DNA of 64,000 nucleotides from Puniceicoccales bacterium (GTDB lineage Bacteria; Verrucomicrobiota; Verrucomicrobiia; Opitutales; JAIRKQ01): NCBI GenBank assembly GCA_031268175.1, contig JAIRXR010000011.1, positions 27,908 to 91,907 of the forward strand, read 5' to 3'. Shown piece by piece: positions 54,556 to 64,000 of this stretch (position 1 is its first letter; each line of letters starts with the position of its first letter). The notes under the pieces were generated by a model. It saw only the letters and a program-made list of their open reading frames with translations, ran no database searches and was not told where the DNA came from. The position numbers and the translations under genes were made by a program.

Positions 54556-57096
54556 CTAGAAAAAGACGATCTGCGAGTCATCACTGGCTGTCCCACGCTT
54601 TTTTTGCCAAATATTTTTGGTAAAAATGTTCCCCTCTTCCTCCAACTCACGCAGAATTTCTCTGGCACGCGAAATGACTTCTCCAGGCACACCGGCAAGG
54701 CGGGCAACGTGGATACCGTAGGATTTGTCGGCGGCACCGTCGATGACCCTGCGCAGAAAAATTATCTCATCCTTCCATTCTCTGACTTCCATTTGGAAAT
54801 TTCGCATGCGCGGGAGCGTTTGCACCAACTTAGTCAGCTCGTGGTAGTGCGTGGCGAAGAGTGTTTTTGGCCCCCTATTGCCACTGCCATGGAGATATTC
54901 AACGACAGCCAAGGCAATGCTCAACCCGTCGTAGGTACTAGTCCCGCGACCGACTTCGTCCAAAATCACCAAGCTGGCATCGGTTACGTTGTTTAAAATG
55001 TTGGCCGTCTCAGACATTTCCATCATGAACGTGGATCGCCCCCTTGATAAATCATCCCCCGAACCAATGCGGGAAAAAATTTTGTCGACGGGGGATAGCT
55101 TGCATTTCTTCGCCGGTACCCAACAGCCGATGTGAGCCATAATTGCGATTAGGGCGACCTGGCGAATATACGTTGATTTTCCAGCCATGTTTGGGCCGGT
55201 AATTAGCGCAATCTGCGGTCCGCCACTTTTCAAATGCAGATCATTTGGAGTAAAATCCGAAATTTTTCCACGACTTTCCGAGCTGTCATTTTTCAGGATC
55301 TGCTCTATCACCGGGTGTCGCCCGTCTCTGATCTCCAGGCAATCCTCCGATGACATTTCCGGGCAGCAGTAGTCGCACTTGCGGGCCAATTCACCCCAGC
55401 CGCAAAAGACGTCCAGCTGCGCCAGTGCCTCCGAAGCGCAAACAAGACCGTTGAAATTTTCCAGGGTTTTTGCGACGAGACCATTGAAAATCTGCTCTTC
55501 CAACTCAACGGCCAATGCCTGCGAATTCAAAATCTCGGCCTCCTTCCTTTTCAACTCATCGGTCACGTAGCGCTCGGCACCGACGGTCGTCTGTCGCCGC
55601 ATGTAGTAGTCCGGAACCAGACGCAAATTGGACCTCGTCACTTCGATGAAGTACCCAAAATTGCCGCTATATTTGACTTTCAGGCTTTTGATCCCGCTTT
55701 TGGTCTGTTCCCTGCGCTCGAAATCGCTTATCCACGATTTGCAATCGGTCGACAGATGGCGGTACTCATCCAGTTTGGCATCGTAGCCATCCCTTACGTA
55801 CCCACCGGCTAGCAAGTCCGGCGGCAAATTGCTCTCATTCAAAGCAGAAGACAGAGCACGGACGAGTCCGTCGAAGGTGTGAATTTTCGATGAAAGGGCG
55901 GCGAGTTCCACGACCTTGCTACCATCTAAAAAATTCTTCAACCTTGGAAATTGATCGATCGTCGATTTAACAGCGCTCAAATCGCGCGGGTTTTTCATGC
56001 GATTCTGCAGTCGCGTTAGGATTCGCGGCAGGTCATAGGTGTTTCTCAGGCAATTTTGCACGTTGATTTGGAGAACTTCGCTTTCAAAAAATGCGCGTAC
56101 GCAGTTCTGCCGCCGCATTATTTCGTTCCTTTGCAAACTCGGTTCCAGTAAAAATTTTTCCAATTGCCTACCACCGGCGGACGTTGCAGTTCGGTCGATG
56201 GCATGAACGAGAGAGCCGATTTTTTGGCCGGAAACGGCGCGGAAAATTTCTAAATTTTTTACCGTCGAGTTGTCGATCTGGACTGATTCCTGTGGCTTGT
56301 ACAGGCGCATTGACTTGATGTTTTGCGGCTTTTGCCTGAAATTTTCCTCTGCGTAGTGGAGCAACGCGCCGGCTGGCCCCAGCGCCGGGTAATCTTCGGG
56401 CCCGATGCCGTAACCATCGAAATTCAAAACGCCCAACATTTCCTTCGCTATGTTTGCCCCGTGCACGCTGTCGAAGTAAAAATCCGGCAACTCCGAGATC
56501 GTGCGGCCTCCAACCAGTTCCCTGAGCGATTCCTGCGCGTTTGTGGCCAAATCTTTCCACTGGGAATGCGCGTTTTCCGGAATGATGATTTCCGACGGAT
56601 TCAACGCAAAGGCGATGGGCAGCAGTTTTTGTGAATTTTTCGTCGCCGCGATTTGCAACTCCCCGGTCGAAGCCTCCAGCCACGCTATCGAAAAGTCCGA
56701 CTTGGTGGCACCAATCGCCAGAATGTATCTGTTTTCCCTGTCTTCCATCTCCCGCTCGCCGATCACCGTACCAGGCGTCAAAATCCTCGACAGCGAACGC
56801 TCCACCAGCTGACCGGCCTTCGGCGGCCCAACTTGGTCACAGATGGCGATCTTGTACCCGCAATTCAGTATTTTATTTATGTACGCCGCCGCCGCATGAT
56901 ATGGAATCCCGGCCATGGGCATCGTACCTCGCCGCGTCAGTGTTATTCCGAGTAGGCGAGCGCCAATCCTGGCATCTTCGTTAAACAGCTCATAGAAATC
57001 GCCGAGGCGAAAGAACAGCAGCGTTTTCTTTGGCAAAGATTTCCTGATTTCCATGTACTGCCGCATCATCGGCGTTGACGACTGATCCCCTTGCAT
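54556..57096 (-). CDS. mutS: DNA mismatch repair protein MutS
   Basis: From ATG 57096 (GGAGGGA SD) the protein reads MQGDQSSTPMMRQYMEIRKSLPKKTLLFFRLGDFYELF. It also has Walker A ITGPNMAGKSTYIRQ, LVILDEVGRGTSTYDG and FATHYHELT. Confidence 0.93.
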   Translation of the reverse strand: MQGDQSSTPMMRQYMEIRKSLPKKTLLFFRLGDFYELFNEDARIGARLLGITLTRRGTMPMAGIPYHAAAAYINKILNCGYKIAICDQVGPPKAGQLVERSLSRILTPGTVIGEREMEDRENRYILAIGATKSDFSIAWLEASTGELQIAATKNSQKLLPIAFALNPSEIIIPENAHSQWKDLATNAQESLRELVGGRTISELPDFYFDSVHGANIAKEMLGVLNFDGYGIGPEDYPALGPAGALLHYAEENFRQKPQNIKSMRLYKPQESVQIDNSTVKNLEIFRAVSGQKIGSLVHAIDRTATSAGGRQLEKFLLEPSLQRNEIMRRQNCVRAFFESEVLQINVQNCLRNTYDLPRILTRLQNRMKNPRDLSAVKSTIDQFPRLKNFLDGSKVVELAALSSKIHTFDGLVRALSSALNESNLPPDLLAGGYVRDGYDAKLDEYRHLSTDCKSWISDFERREQTKSGIKSLKVKYSGNFGYFIEVTRSNLRLVPDYYMRRQTTVGAERYVTDELKRKEAEILNSQALAVELEEQIFNGLVAKTLENFNGLVCASEALAQLDVFCGWGELARKCDYCCPEMSSEDCLEIRDGRHPVIEQILKNDSSESRGKISDFTPNDLHLKSGGPQIALITGPNMAGKSTYIRQVALIAIMAHIGCWVPAKKCKLSPVDKIFSRIGSGDDLSRGRSTFMMEMSETANILNNVTDASLVILDEVGRGTSTYDGLSIALAVVEYLHGSGNRGPKTLFATHYHELTKLVQTLPRMRNFQMEVREWKDEIIFLRRVIDGAADKSYGIHVARLAGVPGEVISRAREILRELEEEGNIFTKNIWQKKRGTASDDSQIVFF

Positions 57097-57163
57097 TATT
57101 TCCCTCCAAAGATACGGGCAGGAACACAGATTACAAATAAAAACTACGGCACACACTTCAATT

Positions 57164-57919
57164 TTAAACGAGAAATGCGCCGACCACCATGACCGCCGCG
57201 CACAGGAAAACGAATGCGTCAATTCCAAGTGTCGATGGCCGTTGAATTCCGTTTTTGCGCGGCGGTTTTTTCTGAAACACCGCCAGTAGCCACTTAAAGT
57301 ATACGTAGCCGATGGAGCAAAAACAAATTATAAACATCGCAAGGCTAAGCGGCCGCCCGCTGCCGTAGATGACCCTCGCGAATTCCGTGCGCCAAACCGC
57401 CCCATGCAGTGGCGGCGTCCCAAGAAGAAATGAAAGCGCCACGGCAAACGAAGTGGCGGAAAGTTTATTTTCCGGGAAAAAGTCGTGAAAATTTTCGATA
57501 TACACGGCCCCATTGTCGCATTCAGCCTCCTTCAAAAATCTGATGGCGCACAAAATTCCACCGCTCGCCAGGTACGGAATGGGAAAACTCCACAGAAATT
57601 TCGACAAATCTCCGCAGGGAAATCCAAGGGCAAATGCATCTGCGAGAAACACCGATTGCGCCAAATCCGTGCGCTCGAAAAATCGCGCATAGTTGTCGGC
57701 ATACAGCGCAAAGGCAATGGCCAACGCCATCGCCGCGTTCAGCGCGTAAAATTCCGTCCCAAATGGCTCCACGGGCGCGAAGTATAAAAAATACAGCAGC
57801 AAGACTTTGCTTCCGCCGTGGAGAAACAGGTTGGAAAGCAGCGCCCTTGGGCGCATTCGCCCCGGAAGATGGCCCGCGGCGTACAGGAAAAAAAACAGCA
57901 GTGTGTGCGAAACACCCAT
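57164..57919 (-). CDS. Hypothetical multi-pass membrane protein
   Basis: A 251-aa ORF with about 7 hydrophobic segments, lying upstream of mutS on the same strand. No family recognised. Confidence 0.5.
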   Translation of the reverse strand: MGVSHTLLFFFLYAAGHLPGRMRPRALLSNLFLHGGSKVLLLYFLYFAPVEPFGTEFYALNAAMALAIAFALYADNYARFFERTDLAQSVFLADAFALGFPCGDLSKFLWSFPIPYLASGGILCAIRFLKEAECDNGAVYIENFHDFFPENKLSATSFAVALSFLLGTPPLHGAVWRTEFARVIYGSGRPLSLAMFIICFCSIGYVYFKWLLAVFQKKPPRKNGIQRPSTLGIDAFVFLCAAVMVVGAFLV

Positions 57920-58217
57920 TTGTCGGAGACATTGGTACGAATAAAGTTTTTTCGCCGAACTTAAATATTTTTTTCACTGGTAAAGGTGCAGCAGGGATAC
58001 CTGAAAAACCGCACGCACTACCCGTTGCTAAGGCCAGTCCCCGAGCCGTTTTCAATCCTTCACCACACCCGCTAGGAACATAATTTCCATTGCCGCTCAT
58101 AGGGCGCTTTGCAAAAAATTGGAAACGGCTCCTACTGCATGCGCGGAAAGCGAAAAAATTTCTTGGCAAGCGTGGAAATTTCTCTAGTTTGCCGAAAGTT
58201 GGCAGCCGTGCTGTTTC

Positions 58218-58304
58218 GGTGGGATATCCAAGTGGCTAAAGGAAGCAGACTGTAAATCTGTCGAGTTTCACTCTTCAAGCGTTCGAATCGCTTTCCCACC
58301 ACCA
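58218..58304 (+). tRNA. tRNA-Tyr (GUA), class II with a long variable arm
   Basis: GGTGGGATATCCAAGTGGCTAAAGGAAGCAGACTGTAAATCTGTCGAGTTTCACTCTTCAAGCGTTCGAATCGCTTTCCCACCACCA is near-collinear with E. coli tyrT. The acceptor is GGTGGGA/TCCCACC, the anticodon loop CTGTAAA, and the CCA is encoded. Confidence 0.9.
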
Positions 58305-58344
58305 TCTCGTGGTATGGACGATTCCATCCCTTCGGCGCCATATC

Positions 58345-59589
58345 TCAAATCTTGATGCTCTGCATCATGCTGACCATCGGCAGGAACATCGCAACGACAA
58401 TTGTGCCGACTGCGATGGCGAGGAGTACGATTATCGCCGGCTCGATCAACGTGGTCAGAAGCGTCAGCGCACTTTCCACCTTGCCGTCGTAGATTTCCGC
58501 AATTTTTGCAAACGATTTAGCTAGGTTGCCAGACCGCTCTCCGGCGAAAATCAGCCCAATGGCAGTCGCGGCGAGCAATTTGCTACCGGCGAAACCGGAC
58601 GATAAACTTTCCCCGTGCGCTATCCTTTCCAAAACTTTTCCCAAAAATCTTTTGAAGGCACCGCCATTTACGACTCCGACGGCCACCTCCAGCGCATCCT
58701 GCATGGGCACGCCGAAAGACATCAGCATGCCGATCGTGCGGAAAAAATTACTGACGTCCATGGTCAAAAGCAGCTTGCCGAAAATGGGCAATTTGCGCAA
58801 AAATGCAAATACTCCGGCCCTGAAAGTTCTCCTAGAGAGACAGATCTTCAGCGCAACTACCAGCGCAACCAAAAGCACGGATAGCCCGGCGAAATGGGCA
58901 CCGAAAAACTCGCACGCTCCTATGATCCTCCGTGTTAGCAATGGAAGTCTTTGCCCTCCAGCACTCTGCGAAGCGAAAATTTCCTCAAATTTTGGAACGA
59001 CCACAATCATCAGCATGGCCAGCGCCAGACACGCAACGGTAAGTACGATCGCCGGATACACCAGGGCCGCTTTGACTTTTTTCCTGGCGGTGGACATTTT
59101 TTTACCGAACGCGGCAAGCTCCTGCAGTGCGACACTCGGCCGACCTATCCCTTCGGCGGCGCTCACAGTTTTCACCTCCGTAGCCGAAAACACGCTGCCG
59201 CAACACCCCATTGCTTCGGAGAGTGCCATCCCGGCGAAAATTTTTTCCTTGAGCAGGCCGGTTATGGCAGCCGATTTGGAATTTTCCGATCCAGCCGCCA
59301 GCGTTGCCAGGCAACGTTCAATGGGAAGGCCAGCCGCTAATAGCATCGACAACTGTTCGAAAAAAACGCACTTCCACTCCGCTGTGGCCCTCGCTCCGCC
59401 GCGAAAAATCTCCAAAAATTTCCCCATAGCAGACTTTCGAGAGCCGCCATCGCCATCGCAAAATTGGAGCAATTGAATCTTTAGGCCGTTGCGCTCGAGC
59501 TCCTTCTCCGCCGCGACCTTGCTCCCCGCATCGACTTCCCCGCGAACGACCTCGCCACCGATATTTTCCGCCAAAAACCTGAATCGCAT
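58345..59589 (-). CDS. Type II secretion / type IV pilus platform protein (GspF/PilC family), copy 2
   Basis: The start is set at ATG 59589 by homology with copy 1 (MRFRFLAENIGGEVVRGEVDAGSKVAAEKELERNGLKI versus MRFLFKAVGANNELVSSDLEAKSRDEALFVLKSKNLRV). It has two T2SSF repeats. Confidence 0.85.
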   Translation of the reverse strand: MRFRFLAENIGGEVVRGEVDAGSKVAAEKELERNGLKIQLLQFCDGDGGSRKSAMGKFLEIFRGGARATAEWKCVFFEQLSMLLAAGLPIERCLATLAAGSENSKSAAITGLLKEKIFAGMALSEAMGCCGSVFSATEVKTVSAAEGIGRPSVALQELAAFGKKMSTARKKVKAALVYPAIVLTVACLALAMLMIVVVPKFEEIFASQSAGGQRLPLLTRRIIGACEFFGAHFAGLSVLLVALVVALKICLSRRTFRAGVFAFLRKLPIFGKLLLTMDVSNFFRTIGMLMSFGVPMQDALEVAVGVVNGGAFKRFLGKVLERIAHGESLSSGFAGSKLLAATAIGLIFAGERSGNLAKSFAKIAEIYDGKVESALTLLTTLIEPAIIVLLAIAVGTIVVAMFLPMVSMMQSIKI

Positions 59590-59703
59590 TTGTAGCAGTG
59601 TAAAAAATGTCCGGCGCGAATAAATGCTTTTTAGGCGAAGCCCGCAGCATTCCACCGGTGAAGTTTCGACGCCCGGAAACCGCATGCGAAGCGAAAACGG
59701 CCC

Positions 59704-61479
59704 CTAGCGATTCACAGCTAGCAAAAATTCTGTGTTTGTTTTCGTTTTGCGGATGCGCTGTATCAGCATTTCCATGGCATCGACCGGCTGCACACCTTTC
59801 ATGGCGCGGCGCAAGGCATAGACTTTCTCCATTTCATCCGGATGGTACAGCAATTCCTCCTTGCGCGTACCGCTTTTTTCAATGTTTAGAGCTGGAAACA
59901 TGCGCCTGTCGACGAGTGCCCTGTCGAGGTGCAGTTCCATGTTGCCTGTACCCTTAAATTCTTCGAAAATTACTTCATCCATGCGGCTGCCGGTTTCCAC
60001 GAGTGCCGTTGCGAGGATCGTCAAGCTTCCGCCGCCCTCTATGTTCCTCGCCGCACCGAAAAATCTTTTCGGCGCCTGCAGAGCATTGGCGTCCACGCCG
60101 CCGGACAGCAATTTCCCGCTGCTAGGCTGTTCCGTGTTGTGTGCGCGCGCAAGTCGAGTTATTGAATCGAGCAGAATGATGACGTGCTTCCCGGCCTCCA
60201 CGTGCCTGCGTGCCTTGTCGATCACCATATCCGCTGCGTGCACGTGATTTTCCGCCGATTCGTCGAATGTCGAACTTATAATCTCCGCACTCGCGACCTG
60301 CCTGCGAAAATCCGTTACCTCCTCGGGACGCTCATCGATGAGCAATATTATCAGCCTTGCGTCGGGCCGATTTTTAGAAATGGCATTCGCCATGCATTGC
60401 AGCAGTACCGTTTTCCCTGTTCGCGGAGGGGCCACGATCAGACCGCGCTGGCCAAGGCCAATGGGCGCTAAAATATCGATTATGCGCATGGAAACATTGT
60501 CCCATTTGGCATCCTCAGCGCATTCCAAAAACAGTCTTTCCGTCGGATAAAACGGAATTAAATCCCTAAATTTCGGGAAAGCGCCGGCCTTCATCGGATC
60601 CATGCCGAGGACGCTCAAAATTTTTAGAACGAACGGACACGTTGAATTTTGCGCCGGCGGATGCAGGTGGGCAACGATATCCTGTCCGCGCCGCAATCCG
60701 TATTTTTGAATCAAAAATTTCGGAATGAACGCACTTTGGGGGCGAATCCTGTAGTTGTCATTCGCGTAGACCAGCAATCCGTCGCCACCCTCAATCATTT
60801 CGAGGACGCCCTTTGCGATAATCGGCGTTTTTTCCGCAAAATTTTTCAGCAGCAGCAGTTCGAATATTTTGTGGCTGCCCCTTTCAAATTCCACCGGAGT
60901 AATGGAGTCATCCGCCACGTCCTTCGCGGATAGCGCTGTGCGATTTTCATAGGCATTATTAAAATCGAATGGCTTGGCCTCCAGATCGATATTTTCAACG
61001 GCGAACTCTGCCAATTTTTCCAGGGAACTTAGGCAATCCATGCTCTTGATTAGGCCACTGGATAGCTGGCCAATTTTCACGGTTTTAGCGAATTTTTGCT
61101 GCTGCTGATTGCCGCTTTGCGGACGTCTTCCGCCGGAGCCGCCACCATTTACATTGACGTTGCGATCGCCGTCCCTGCGGAAGCGCCCGTCGCCGTGGCG
61201 CTGATTGTTCTGTTGCCGCTGCTGGGATTTGCCACCGCGACCGCCCATTTGATCATCAACATTCGTTGAAAAATTTTGATTCCCCCGGCCTCTTCGACGA
61301 TAGTCCACCGGTCCACGCGGCGAATCATCGTCGACCGCCGCGCCAGAGTGCTGCGGAGTCCACTCTTCGTTCCCATCGCGGCGGCGGTTGGAGCGTGGCA
61401 TTTCGTCCACACTGTCACCACCGGAGAAACTTTCTGGAATGAACCCGTCATTTTCACTTTCAAGCATTCGCCTATCCAT
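59704..61479 (-). CDS. rho: Transcription termination factor Rho with a ~130-aa RGG/QN-rich N-terminal extension
   Basis: The C-terminal 420 aa are canonical: [15 protein letters not shown] (Walker A), [22 protein letters not shown] and LIQRIRKT. The N-terminus is low-complexity. Confidence 0.92.
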   Translation of the reverse strand: MDRRMLESENDGFIPESFSGGDSVDEMPRSNRRRDGNEEWTPQHSGAAVDDDSPRGPVDYRRRGRGNQNFSTNVDDQMGGRGGKSQQRQQNNQRHGDGRFRRDGDRNVNVNGGGSGGRRPQSGNQQQQKFAKTVKIGQLSSGLIKSMDCLSSLEKLAEFAVENIDLEAKPFDFNNAYENRTALSAKDVADDSITPVEFERGSHKIFELLLLKNFAEKTPIIAKGVLEMIEGGDGLLVYANDNYRIRPQSAFIPKFLIQKYGLRRGQDIVAHLHPPAQNSTCPFVLKILSVLGMDPMKAGAFPKFRDLIPFYPTERLFLECAEDAKWDNVSMRIIDILAPIGLGQRGLIVAPPRTGKTVLLQCMANAISKNRPDARLIILLIDERPEEVTDFRRQVASAEIISSTFDESAENHVHAADMVIDKARRHVEAGKHVIILLDSITRLARAHNTEQPSSGKLLSGGVDANALQAPKRFFGAARNIEGGGSLTILATALVETGSRMDEVIFEEFKGTGNMELHLDRALVDRRMFPALNIEKSGTRKEELLYHPDEMEKVYALRRAMKGVQPVDAMEMLIQRIRKTKTNTEFLLAVNR

Positions 61480-61800
61480 CTTTAAACCTCTCTATGAGCC
61501 CTTGCTGCATTCGCAAAATTCCACGTCACAGCCTTGCGCCAGTCTCTACTACGCCACATACCGTCGGCAAAAACTCCACATCCGCAAAAATTTGCTGTCC
61601 CAGGCAATCTAGATCCATGCATTGAAATTGTGACAGTACCCACACGCCACAAGTTTGCATTGGCTGATGTGAAGAAGTACGGAAGTTGCACATACCTTGC
61701 CGACCCACTCCACCTTGTCGAGCATTTTTTTTGAAAAATTTGCAAAAATTAGTGGGATAAAAGGTTTGATTGCAGGTGCAAATTGTGCTCATTCATTCCG

Positions 61801-64000
61801 ATGCACGCCGACTGCGAAAAATACGACTTCCAGGAAATTGAAACATTTTGGCAAAGGTTTTGGGAAGAAAACAAAACATTTTGCGTAGACGAGGATCGCT
61901 CCAGGAAAAAATACTATGCCCTGGACATGTTTCCCTACCCGTCCGCATCCGGCCTGCACATCGGCCACCCTGAGGGATACACCGCATCGGACATTCTGGC
62001 CAGGTACAAGAGGGCGATTGGCTACAACGTGCTGCACCCCATGGGCTGGGATGCCTTTGGCCTTCCCGCCGAACAGCACGCCATAAATACCGGGATACAC
62101 CCGGCGGCAAATACGGCCAGGAACGTTGAAATTTTTCGAAGGCAAATCAAGCGCATGGGGTTTGCCATCGACTGGGATCGGGAAATCAACACGACCGATC
62201 CGAAATACTTTCGCTGGACGCAGTGGATATTCCTCCAACTTTTCAAGCATGGCTTGGCATACGTTGGCGAACGACCCATCTGGTGGTGCGAGGGGTTGAA
62301 ATCCGTTTTGGCAAATGAGGAAGTCATAAACGGCCGGTCCGAGCGTGGAAATTTTCCCGTGCAGCGGAAGAACCTGCGCCAGTGGGTACTGCGGATCACG
62401 GCCTACGCCGACAAACTTCTCGAAGGCCTGGAAGACATCGACTGGCCGGATTCGACGAAGAGGCAACAAATCGCGTGGATCGGAAGATCCGAGGGAGCCA
62501 GCGTGCATTTCAAGGTTGAAGGGCACGGCAACTGCGAAATCGAGGTGTACACAACGCGCCCGGACACGCTCTTCGGCGCAACGTTTCTCGTTCTCGCTCC
62601 GGAACACCCACTCCTGGAAAAAATCGTCGCTGCACCATTTGCGGAGGCAGTAAAAAAATACGCCGAAGCGAGCAAAAGCAAAAGCGACCTGGAGCGTACG
62701 GATCTGGCAAAGGCAAAAACTGGCGTGCGAACCGGCGCCCATGCCATAAATCCAGCGAATGGGGAAAGGGTGGAAATTTGGGTCGCCGACTACGTTCTCG
62801 CCGGCTATGGAAGCGGTGCGATCATGGCAGTACCGGCACACGACGAACGTGACTACGCGTTCGCAAAGCGGTACGACATTCCCATGGTCCGCGTGGTTGA
62901 CGGCGGAACCGGCGCCGGCGAATTACCCTACGCCGGCGAAGGAATTTTGATCAACTCCGGTGAATTTTCCGGCACGGCATCAAGGGACGCGCGGGAAGCC
63001 ATCGTCGGGATGCTGCGAAAGTCTTCCTCCGGCGATTTCGCTAGGAATTACAAACTGCGCGATTGGCTATTTTCCAGGCAACGCTACTGGGGTGAGCCAA
63101 CGCCAATTGTCTGGATTTCTGAGGAGGACTATGGCCGCGTAACGCGGAGCGACCAGTCCCCATTCCGCGAGTTTCTACCCCACGAACCAGTAGCCTATGA
63201 AGAGAGCGGGGGGAAATACTACGCTCTGCCGCTCTGCTCAAAGCACCTGCCGCTTGCACTGCCGGAAACGGATAACTATTTACCATCTTCCGACGGGGAA
63301 AGCCCCCTTTCCAATGCAAAGTCTTGGCTAGACGTCCGCCTGAACGTCGAAACCGGCGAGGTTATCCCGGCGGAAAACTTTGCCGACTGCGATGGTGCGG
63401 CATGGATTTCCGGACGCAGGGAAACGAACACCATGCCGCAGTGGGCTGGATCGTGCTGGTATCATTTGCGTTACATGTCCCCGCACTGCGAAGCGAGCCT
63501 GGTGGACCCCGATGCTGCAAATTACTGGCAATCGCCAGATTTTTACATTGGAGGAGCCGAGCACGCCGTTTTGCATCTCCTCTACGCCAGATTTTGGCAC
63601 AGGTTCCTGTTTGACATTGGCGCAATCAATACGGGGAAAGAACCGTTTCATAGGCTGTTTCACCAGGGAATCATCCTCGGCGAAGACGGCACGAAAATGT
63701 CGAAAAGTCGCGGTAACGTCGTCAATCCGGACGACATTGTGGAAAGATACGGCGCCGATGCGCTGCGACTCTACGAAATGTTCCTTGGGCCGTTGGACAT
63801 GGTGAAACCGTGGAACACCAATGGCATCGAGGGCGTTTCGAGGTTCCTGAAAAAAGTCTGGGGAAGCTACGTCGACGGCGAAGGAAACACCAGGCAATTT
63901 CGGAAAAATTTGCCGGCCGAATGCGAACGCGTCGTAAATGAAACCATAAAAAAGGTCAGCGGAGACATCGAAGAACTAAAATTCAACACGGCCATCGCCC
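61801..64000 (+). CDS. leuS: Leucyl-tRNA synthetase (N-terminal ~733 aa; continues past the window)
   Basis: Own translation from ATG 61801 gives [94 protein letters not shown] (the HIGH motif). Further on come ...[20 protein letters not shown]... and KMSKSRGN (the KMSKS motif) near 63700. The ORF track omits it because it has no stop in the window. Confidence 0.93.
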   Translation, partial: MHADCEKYDFQEIETFWQRFWEENKTFCVDEDRSRKKYYALDMFPYPSASGLHIGHPEGYTASDILARYKRAIGYNVLHPMGWDAFGLPAEQHAINTGIHPAANTARNVEIFRRQIKRMGFAIDWDREINTTDPKYFRWTQWIFLQLFKHGLAYVGERPIWWCEGLKSVLANEEVINGRSERGNFPVQRKNLRQWVLRITAYADKLLEGLEDIDWPDSTKRQQIAWIGRSEGASVHFKVEGHGNCEIEVYTTRPDTLFGATFLVLAPEHPLLEKIVAAPFAEAVKKYAEASKSKSDLERTDLAKAKTGVRTGAHAINPANGERVEIWVADYVLAGYGSGAIMAVPAHDERDYAFAKRYDIPMVRVVDGGTGAGELPYAGEGILINSGEFSGTASRDAREAIVGMLRKSSSGDFARNYKLRDWLFSRQRYWGEPTPIVWISEEDYGRVTRSDQSPFREFLPHEPVAYEESGGKYYALPLCSKHLPLALPETDNYLPSSDGESPLSNAKSWLDVRLNVETGEVIPAENFADCDGAAWISGRRETNTMPQWAGSCWYHLRYMSPHCEASLVDPDAANYWQSPDFYIGGAEHAVLHLLYARFWHRFLFDIGAINTGKEPFHRLFHQGIILGEDGTKMSKSRGNVVNPDDIVERYGADALRLYEMFLGPLDMVKPWNTNGIEGVSRFLKKVWGSYVDGEGNTRQFRKNLPAECERVVNETIKKVSGDIEELKFNTAIA

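Noticed and set aside
58526-59476. A 316-aa ORF on the + strand
   Set aside because: It is the antisense shadow of the second GspF-like gene. The minus-strand product has clear paralogy to 18921..20165.
61789-62841. A 350-aa ORF on the minus strand
   Set aside because: It lies antisense to the unmistakable leuS reading frame (HIGH and KMSKS motifs on the + strand). It is a shadow ORF in G+C-rich coding DNA with no recognisable motifs.

Overview
This 64-kb window looks like chromosome from a Gram-negative bacterium that is probably host-associated. The taxon is not determinable by eye. A sigma54 activator lacking an HTH and orphan GspF genes are at least compatible with a PVC-like lineage. 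The backbone is ordinary housekeeping: pntB, recD2, ispF, nrdD, kdsB, kdsD, an RND/MFP/TolC operon, der, rpsI-rplM, fmt, HU, yebC, yidC, nagZ, mutS, rho, leuS, and two tRNAs. In hand-counted 60-nt lines the backbone is about 55-63% G+C.

Interspersed with this backbone is a set of eukaryote-like, ubiquitin- and phospho-signalling-type candidate effectors:
- A 1023-aa ORF ends in a Josephin (ataxin-3-like) cysteine protease domain.
- Three dispersed paralogs carry an OTU-type Cys/His protease core behind three different N-terminal modules: a Sec signal, nested tandem repeats, and an MG... N-terminus.
- An AT-rich Hanks-type Ser/Thr kinase sits behind a near-consensus promoter that predicts a leaderless mRNA.

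The left ~9 kb (about 400-9250) is a markedly AT-rich block of about 35-37% G+C. It ends at the 3' end of a tRNA(CAU) and contains decayed excisionase-like and homopolymer-frameshifted genes, orphan ORFs and an Imm-type membrane protein.

Other points are a CDP-ribitol-type polyol-phosphate module, a Rho with an RGG/QN-rich N-terminus, and a tandem diverged gene pair. No CRISPR array, transposase or rRNA was seen. All domain calls come from by-eye motif recognition and need HMM or structure confirmation.
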